Source: a virus
Taxonomy: Duplodnaviria; Caudoviricetes
Direction: 5' to 3' (one strand)
IMG/VR virus record: IMGVR_UViG_3300020045_005060
Coordinates: 1 to 24,220 of that record
DNA: 24,220 nucleotides
In this document: positions 17,449-24,220 of the stretch, in pieces
Layout of the letters: each line of letters starts with the position of its first letter
Position numbering within the stretch: position 1 is the first letter of the stretch
Program-made: the position numbers and the translations under genes
Notes under the pieces: generated by a model
Told to the model about the DNA's origin: nothing
Database searches by the model: none
What the model saw: the letters and a program-made list of their open reading frames with translations, nothing else

Positions 17449-20400
17449 ATGGATAAAATTTCTCAAGTAGTAGCTGGTTTAAACATGAATTCTGTTGCAT
17501 CTTTAGTGCAAGAGGGCCAATACACATTTGCGTTAAACGGCTGCATAGAAAACTTTGATGGAAATTCTTATTCATTACAGAATGAACAAGGTACATTACT
17601 GTGTGTAACACTTCCCGATTTAAGAGTAGTAGGAAGACTAAATATTCTTGAGAAAAATCTTATTGTATTTTGGCTTACAGATAATGTTAATTCTGAAATA
17701 GGCGTAGTTAACACTGACACTTGCACATATACGACTAAAATAAATAGTCCTTGCATAGGCTTATCAACTGAAGCACCTATACATCAAGCTGTATATAAAG
17801 TATCAAACTGTTCAACAGAAATATTTTGGACAGATGGTGGTAAACGTAAATGGATGGATTTAGAAAATCTCCCATTCCTTGAAATACCAAATCCAGATGG
17901 TTGTGAAAATATTATTACAGATCAAATAGATTGTAACAAACTACTTGTTCAGCCAAATTTTAATATTCCTCAATTACAAATTGAAAGTGTTGATAGTGAT
18001 GGAGAGCTAGAAGCAGGTACTGTACAATTTGGAATACAATATTCTAATGTATCTTCTGAAGCCTACACTTCTATATATTCAATCACAAATCCACTCTCTA
18101 TATTCGATCCTAACAAGATTACACAAGATTTTAATTATAAGGTAAATAAATCTGTAAATGTATTAATAACTAATATTGACACTTCAGGATTTTATGACTA
18201 CTATAATTTAATAGTGATAAAAACTATTAATAATATAGCCACACCTTATATTGTAGGGACATATAAAATTACAAAAGAAACAGAATTAATTTCTTATACA
18301 GGACAAAATAAAACAGAAGTTTCTCTTACAATGTTTGATGTCTTTGAGAAATTCCCTATTTATGATAATGTAGATGGAGTTACGACAGCTCAAGATACAA
18401 TTATCTGGAAAAGTGTAACAACCACTGAAAGAATAAATTATCAAAAGATTTGGAATAAAGTAAATCTTAAATGGCAAACACATAGAATTAGAGCAGACAA
18501 GCCTTATGCTGATGAGTTAAATATTGTAGAAAAGAAGGGGTTTTTTAGAGATGAAATATACACCTTTGAAGGAGTATTCTTATTAAAGAACGGATTACAA
18601 ACAGATAGATTTCTTATATCATCCAGAATATCCGCCCCCTATGATACAGAATTAATTTTTAATTCAGACGTACCTCAAGATTCTACAGATAAATGCGAAG
18701 TTGCTGAAGCATCTCCTAGGTGGCAATTATACAATACTGCGTCTGTTATAGATTTTGAACAACAATTAATAGAGACAGTATGTGGAGCTAGGTCTGTCTA
18801 CTCAAAAAATGGTCCAATAGAACAATCTATTTGTGGACAAAAACAATATGAAGAAGATGAATGTTACGAAGGCCCTTATCAATACGGAGATTTTGCTTAT
18901 TGGGAAAGTACAGAAAAATATCCCTGTAATACAGAAATTTGGGGAGAACTGGCTGATAAGCCTATTCGTCACCACAAGTTCCCTGATAGTATTGTCACTC
19001 ATATCCATGACAAAAATTTTATCTATCCATTAGGAGTTAAACTTGATGCTCAAGAACTTTTACAGATTATACAAGATTCTGACCTCTCTCAGGAACAAAA
19101 AGATAATATAGTAGGGTTTAAAATAGTCAGAGGTAATAGAGCTAATAATAAATCTGTAGTAGCAAGAGGACTTCTTAATAATGTAGGAAAGTATTCAAGG
19201 GAAGGAACAGAATATTTCTATCCAAACTATCCATTTAATGATTTAAGAGTTGATCCATTTATTCTTAGTGAAAATAATACTGCTGAAAGTACAGATGATA
19301 CAGTGCAAAATTCATCTTGCTTAGAATATAAAATTAGAAATACAGCTAATGCTGCTCTTGTTTATAAGTATATTAAATGTGATGGAGAAGAAACTTCTGT
19401 ATCTGTTCCGGGAAATGGTAATATAACTATATGTGCTGAATCTTCCAATATAGAAGATAATAAATTTGGTAATGACACACATTTAGTATATTCCTCCAGT
19501 AATAAATTTTGTCAATCAGAAGAAGAGGAGGAATCATCCACTATTCCGGGTATTTCTAATTTAAATGGATTTACAAATAAAGAAAGATATACATTTCATT
19601 CTCCAGACACTCATTTTTTCCAACCATCTTTAGGTAATATCTTAAAATTAGAAACTGCTGAATGGGGTAATTCTAGAGGACATTTTGTTCAGGTAAAAAA
19701 TCATGCTAAGTATAGATTTCTTTCTAACAAAGCAGTTTTAACCACCCTATTATTTTCAACAGGAATAGGATTTGCTTCAGGTACTTATGGACTTTCCAAT
19801 AACGTATTTAATGGAACAGCAGCGTACACTGCCTTTATGGTAGTATCTGAATTGATATACAAACTTCTCCCTAAAAAGAATCCAGCATATCAATTTAATT
19901 CTTTAGGGTTTTATGACAATTACATCCCTGTAAAAAATGAAGGTAATAAACAAAGAAGACTAGAGTTAGCATCTTATGCTTCTCCCGGAGTTCTTTCTGT
20001 AGGAGATGATCATTCTCTAAATAACTTTCAAAGAGAATCAAGTGTATATCTTAAAACTACATCCCCACTTCCTTTTGTATCTGAAATTGCAGGAGTTCCA
20101 GAAGACAATTCCAGATATACTCTATCACAAGAAAATCTTTGTAAAAATAGAAGTAATGTTTTAAATAAAGATATATCTTCTTATTATGGAACAATTAAGA
20201 AAAACTTTCAAAATCAATATGGAGCAGTTTATTCCTATAATAGTGTAGATACAGGAGCACAATATTTATTTGAAGACATAACTCCATATAATAAAGATAA
20301 ATATATTTTTGGAGGAGATTGTTTTATTAACAGATTTGCTCTTAAAAATAAACTCCCTTTCTTTATTGACAATAGAGTAGATACTCTTGATGAAGCAGAT

Positions 20401-22941
20401 GTATTCTATAATGAAATAGGAAATATAGGATTTCCTAAGTATTGGTTTTCAACAGATATAAAGAGAGGATCATTATTTGGTCTTTTTGGAATTAAGAGTA
20501 ATAATTTTGATTGTAAAGAGGGAAAGTTCTTTTACGATTCAGGAGTTATATATCTCTTTTCTTATGGTATTCCATATTTTTGGTGTGAATCAGAAGTAAA
20601 TGTAGATCTTAGACAACCCTATAATGGTAAAGAAGGCGATTTCTTTCCCCATGTATCCACGGATATTCCTGATGAGTGGCTTCAAGAGATAAATACTTCT
20701 ATTCAGAATGATAATACATATTTTTATAATAAAACATTTTCAAAACAAAATGTAGAAAATGTATTTAATTCTCTCCCATTAGATTTTACTCAGGATAAAT
20801 GTAAATCTTCTTTTCCATTCAGAGCTATATTCTCTGAAAAACAAAAGAGTGAAGCTGTAGAAAAAAAGAATAATTGGTTAGTATATAGGCCAACATCTAA
20901 ATTTGATTTTCCTCAAAATAATGGAAATCTAGTTTCTTTGGATGGAATAGAAAACAGACAAGTATTAGCAAGATTTGAAAATAAAACTTTTCTTTATAAT
21001 GCCCTTCTAACTATTCCTACTTCCACTGCTCAAGCTTATTTAGGTCAATCACTCTTTGATCAAAATACTCCCCCTCTTGATTATTCTGATACAGATTTAG
21101 GGTATTTTGGGTCTCAACATAAAATGTTTTTAAAGACAGAATATGGAGATGTGTCTATTGATGCAGAAAGGGGATCTGTATTTTTAATGAATGGTCAAAA
21201 AGTAAATGATATTTCTGGGGATATTTCTAAATTTCTAATAGAATATCTTCCATTTCAAATTAGGAAATATTTTCCTCAATTTCCAATAGATAATCATTTT
21301 AATGGATGTGGACTTCATGGAGTATATGACAATAAATATAAAAGAATAATAATAACAAAAAAAGACTATATTCCTATTAAGGATGTTTTATTTGATGGAA
21401 CACGTTTTTATACAGAAAAAGATAAAACTTATTATGCCACATCAGGATCATGTTGTCCTGAAGGGTATTCTAAATTAAATGGGCAATGTGAAAAAAGTAT
21501 TAAAACTGCTGCAATACAAGATACATCCACAGAATTTGTAGCTACACCAGTCTCATACATTACTTATTCTGCTGATGGAACTAATATTTACTCATCTATT
21601 AATCCAGATGGATCAGGAACTTTTATAACAATTCCAGATAATCCTTTTTGGACTAATTTAGATGGAGTATCCGGCCCTTTAAACAGAGTGGGATTTTGGA
21701 ACAACACTATAGATTTCTCTCCTTTTGATGTATATGTATATGTAACATTTGAAGTTAATGTAACAGATGAAAAAACATATTATGTAGGTATAGCTGGAGA
21801 CAATTATTTTGGCCTTGAAGTAGATTGTGAAGAGATATTTACAAGTACAGGAGTAATAAACTTCTTTACTTGGAATATTATTCCTGTCACATTATCTGCT
21901 GGAAGGCATGTATTTAAAATGAAAGTAATGAACACCTTTCAAGTAGGACTTAATCCTGCTGCTTTTGGTGCAGAAATATATGACAATACAGAAGCAGAAA
22001 TATTAGCTTCTACGGGATATGATGATTTAAATGTAGTATTTTCCACTGCTGATTTAATGGGGGAGACAATTAATAATTTTAACTATTCATGTCCAGACGG
22101 TGAATGTAATTCTGTAGTTAAAGAAGGGGATAATTACTATTGTATTTCAAATTTAATTGAAGAAGCTCATTGTGAAAATATTATTTCTGTTCCTAAAGTA
22201 AAAAAAGTAAAAGAATATATAGACGTTTCAAATACAGAATATTTTGCTAATAATTCTTTTACATTATCTTATAGTTTTAAAACACAATCATGGGTAAGCT
22301 TTCATAGTTATACTCCTTCTTATTATGTAGGAAACGCTAATTTCTTTTATTCAAGTGAAGATAATCTCTTATGGAAACACAATACGGTTGTTAATTTATT
22401 TAACAATTATTATGGCACTAAAAAGCCATACATCATTGAGTACCCATTATATTTCAAAGGAACAGATGAAATCATACAAAATGTTAAAGACTATTCCAAA
22501 ATATTAAAATATACAGACTATCAGGATTTTATAGAAACAGATGATGTTTATTTCTCTCACGCAATTCTTTATAACAATCAACAATGTTCTGGAACTCTTA
22601 AGCTAACAAAAAAGCCAAAGAATTCTATTTCATCCTATAATAAATATCCTATATATCATCCAGAGGAAAAAGAAATTCTTTACACTAAGTCTAACAGCTT
22701 CTATCAATTTAATACATTTTGGGCTTTACAAAAATCTTCTCAACAACCTATGTGGAAAAAGCCAATAGATTCTATTCTAAAAGAGCTTAACAATGACAAT
22801 ATGAATTATTCTAAACGTTCTTTTAATAAAGCACCTATGATGAGTAAAAATTCTTTAATAAGGTTAATTAACGAAGATGTGGACGATTGCAAATTCATCT
22901 CACAATTTTTGATTGTTGGCACCCAAACTAGTTTTAAATGA
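17449..22941 (+). CDS. Tail stabilisation/muzzle protein (P22 gp10-like family in crAss-like phages)
   Basis: 1830 aa; N-terminal GLNMN...YTFALNG...LQNEQG, GFFRDEIYTF, IRHHKFPD, GGDCFINRF and FTLSYSFKTQSWVSFHSYTP are characteristic of this family; follows the tail tubular gene. Confidence 0.78.
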   Translation: MDKISQVVAGLNMNSVASLVQEGQYTFALNGCIENFDGNSYSLQNEQGTLLCVTLPDLRVVGRLNILEKNLIVFWLTDNVNSEIGVVNTDTCTYTTKINSPCIGLSTEAPIHQAVYKVSNCSTEIFWTDGGKRKWMDLENLPFLEIPNPDGCENIITDQIDCNKLLVQPNFNIPQLQIESVDSDGELEAGTVQFGIQYSNVSSEAYTSIYSITNPLSIFDPNKITQDFNYKVNKSVNVLITNIDTSGFYDYYNLIVIKTINNIATPYIVGTYKITKETELISYTGQNKTEVSLTMFDVFEKFPIYDNVDGVTTAQDTIIWKSVTTTERINYQKIWNKVNLKWQTHRIRADKPYADELNIVEKKGFFRDEIYTFEGVFLLKNGLQTDRFLISSRISAPYDTELIFNSDVPQDSTDKCEVAEASPRWQLYNTASVIDFEQQLIETVCGARSVYSKNGPIEQSICGQKQYEEDECYEGPYQYGDFAYWESTEKYPCNTEIWGELADKPIRHHKFPDSIVTHIHDKNFIYPLGVKLDAQELLQIIQDSDLSQEQKDNIVGFKIVRGNRANNKSVVARGLLNNVGKYSREGTEYFYPNYPFNDLRVDPFILSENNTAESTDDTVQNSSCLEYKIRNTANAALVYKYIKCDGEETSVSVPGNGNITICAESSNIEDNKFGNDTHLVYSSSNKFCQSEEEEESSTIPGISNLNGFTNKERYTFHSPDTHFFQPSLGNILKLETAEWGNSRGHFVQVKNHAKYRFLSNKAVLTTLLFSTGIGFASGTYGLSNNVFNGTAAYTAFMVVSELIYKLLPKKNPAYQFNSLGFYDNYIPVKNEGNKQRRLELASYASPGVLSVGDDHSLNNFQRESSVYLKTTSPLPFVSEIAGVPEDNSRYTLSQENLCKNRSNVLNKDISSYYGTIKKNFQNQYGAVYSYNSVDTGAQYLFEDITPYNKDKYIFGGDCFINRFALKNKLPFFIDNRVDTLDEADVFYNEIGNIGFPKYWFSTDIKRGSLFGLFGIKSNNFDCKEGKFFYDSGVIYLFSYGIPYFWCESEVNVDLRQPYNGKEGDFFPHVSTDIPDEWLQEINTSIQNDNTYFYNKTFSKQNVENVFNSLPLDFTQDKCKSSFPFRAIFSEKQKSEAVEKKNNWLVYRPTSKFDFPQNNGNLVSLDGIENRQVLARFENKTFLYNALLTIPTSTAQAYLGQSLFDQNTPPLDYSDTDLGYFGSQHKMFLKTEYGDVSIDAERGSVFLMNGQKVNDISGDISKFLIEYLPFQIRKYFPQFPIDNHFNGCGLHGVYDNKYKRIIITKKDYIPIKDVLFDGTRFYTEKDKTYYATSGSCCPEGYSKLNGQCEKSIKTAAIQDTSTEFVATPVSYITYSADGTNIYSSINPDGSGTFITIPDNPFWTNLDGVSGPLNRVGFWNNTIDFSPFDVYVYVTFEVNVTDEKTYYVGIAGDNYFGLEVDCEEIFTSTGVINFFTWNIIPVTLSAGRHVFKMKVMNTFQVGLNPAAFGAEIYDNTEAEILASTGYDDLNVVFSTADLMGETINNFNYSCPDGECNSVVKEGDNYYCISNLIEEAHCENIISVPKVKKVKEYIDVSNTEYFANNSFTLSYSFKTQSWVSFHSYTPSYYVGNANFFYSSEDNLLWKHNTVVNLFNNYYGTKKPYIIEYPLYFKGTDEIIQNVKDYSKILKYTDYQDFIETDDVYFSHAILYNNQQCSGTLKLTKKPKNSISSYNKYPIYHPEEKEILYTKSNSFYQFNTFWALQKSSQQPMWKKPIDSILKELNNDNMNYSKRSFNKAPMMSKNSLIRLINEDVDDCKFISQFLIVGTQTSFK

Positions 22942-24220
22942 AAAAGAAAATAAACAAAAAACAAAATGGAGGTCAAATAAAAGAAGTACAAGAATTTTAT
23001 TCTGAATATTTAACATCTCCAAATTATAAAAAAAGACTCATAGCTCAAGGATATGAACAACCAGATCAAGTTATTATGGATAGATTGTCAAATGTTTACC
23101 ATACCCCTATAAAAAAAACTAATGATGGAAGTTCTTATATGCCGTTTAAAGGTTTTATTGGTATTGATACTAAAAATGATATAAAAAACAATTTCAAAGA
23201 CAAGGAAGATGTTTTAACTCATGAATTTTCACATGCAGCTGGATCAATAGGCTATGATGGTATGTCCAATTTATTTGGTAATTTACAATTAAATAATAAA
23301 GATATTAAAACTATTAATGAAAGAAACCTTTCTTTTAAAAATAGAAGTAATATTAATTTTAATAAAATTAAAAAAGGCGATGATAGTATTTTACACGATG
23401 CTATGGCAGGAGAATATAAAGCTGACATGGATGTTTTAAGGCAAAAATTAAAAAAAGATAAAATTTATAATACTGGTACTCAAGAATTTAATATTGATTT
23501 GTTGAAAAAAGCGCAAATAAAATATAAAAATAATACTAATATTCAAAGATTATTTAAAAATAGTAAATCAGATGCAGATCTTATTTATTTAATGAATAAT
23601 GTAGCTGTAAACAATTCTGATCAGGATTTATCTATAGCTAAAAATGGTGGAACTATATCTGAAATGGGATATAAAAAGAATTCTCCCTATAAGAATAGAA
23701 AATCAATAGACATTAATACACCTTCAGGACTTATTACCACTAAAGATATGGCATTTCCAATTCTTGCTAATGGTGTAGCATTATATCCTAATACAGGAGA
23801 TTACCAATTCAATACAGACACAGTAACAGAAATTCCTATGAAGAAAGTAAAGAAAGCTCAAAAAGGGACAATAATAAATCCTAATCAAGAAATGTCAGAT
23901 TATTTATGGGGAAATCCAACTTTAAATCCTGTCTCCACTCCTGTAAATCCAGCTATGCCGAAACTGTATGATAGATCAAATTATAATCCAGAATTAGTAA
24001 ACTCTCAAGATTTAAGACAACCTACTCCTCAACTTAATCTTAATAATTTAGGTTCACAATTTAAAGGAGCTATGGATTCACTTACTGCTGTACCACTTTC
24101 AAAAACTAAAAAGAAATTTGACATGGGGAATGCTGTACAAGTGGCAGGAGCATTATTTAATGAGTTTGTACCAGATCAACCTAACAGGAAATATCTAAGA
24201 CCAGAACAATTACAATCTTA
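22938..24220 (+). CDS. Cargo/ejection-like multidomain protein with a zincin (HExxH) domain, 3'-truncated (not in ORF track)
   Basis: ATG 22938 overlaps the upstream TGA and the frame stays open to the window end (MKKKINKKQNGGQIKEVQEF...). LTHEFSH with HEFSH at 23220-23234, a later GEYKAD, and repeated xxGG linkers (KQNGG, AKNGG). Confidence 0.75.
   Translation, partial: MKKKINKKQNGGQIKEVQEFYSEYLTSPNYKKRLIAQGYEQPDQVIMDRLSNVYHTPIKKTNDGSSYMPFKGFIGIDTKNDIKNNFKDKEDVLTHEFSHAAGSIGYDGMSNLFGNLQLNNKDIKTINERNLSFKNRSNINFNKIKKGDDSILHDAMAGEYKADMDVLRQKLKKDKIYNTGTQEFNIDLLKKAQIKYKNNTNIQRLFKNSKSDADLIYLMNNVAVNNSDQDLSIAKNGGTISEMGYKKNSPYKNRKSIDINTPSGLITTKDMAFPILANGVALYPNTGDYQFNTDTVTEIPMKKVKKAQKGTIINPNQEMSDYLWGNPTLNPVSTPVNPAMPKLYDRSNYNPELVNSQDLRQPTPQLNLNNLGSQFKGAMDSLTAVPLSKTKKKFDMGNAVQVAGALFNEFVPDQPNRKYLRPEQLQS

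Noticed and set aside
632-22991. Short minus-strand and alternate-frame ORFs nested in larger genes (for example 632-838, 1335-1553, 3262-3516, 9965-10267, 18833-19033)
   Set aside because: Shadow ORFs of well-supported genes with no recognisable motifs.
1-24220. Stop-codon reassignment (TAG or TGA), known in some crAss-like phages
   Set aside because: Genes are full-length in the standard code, TGA ends genes at clean ATGA overlaps, TAG ends the 545-1036 gene, and coding density is already high.

Overview
AT-rich window from the virion-structural (late) module of a crAss-like phage (Crassvirales-type gene order), probably infecting a Bacteroidota host. All credible genes are on the + strand and use the standard genetic code. 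Order: portal C-terminus (partial), ClpP-like protease, acidic scaffold-like protein, major capsid protein, three conserved post-capsid structural genes, M15 peptidase endolysin, HNH nuclease, small Cys-rich and structural genes, two Cys-rich fibre-like proteins separated by a second HNH nuclease, a 576-bp non-coding gap, a metallophosphoesterase, tail ring/IHF-like/tail tubular genes, a GIY-YIG endonuclease, a 1830-aa tail stabilisation (muzzle) protein, and a partial zincin-containing cargo-like protein. The most interesting signals are: (i) the gap at 12507-13082, which holds three Bacteroidota-type promoter candidates, a terminator/anti-terminator-like pair of exclusive folds and a ~250-nt pseudoknotted RNA-like element; (ii) apparent avoidance of CCWGG, with all 18 Pro-Gly pairs using rare CCC/CCG codons; (iii) a tRNA-like mini-element after the capsid gene; (iv) a ClpP-like protease inside the head module. 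Family assignments come from motifs, synteny and recall, not from database searches.
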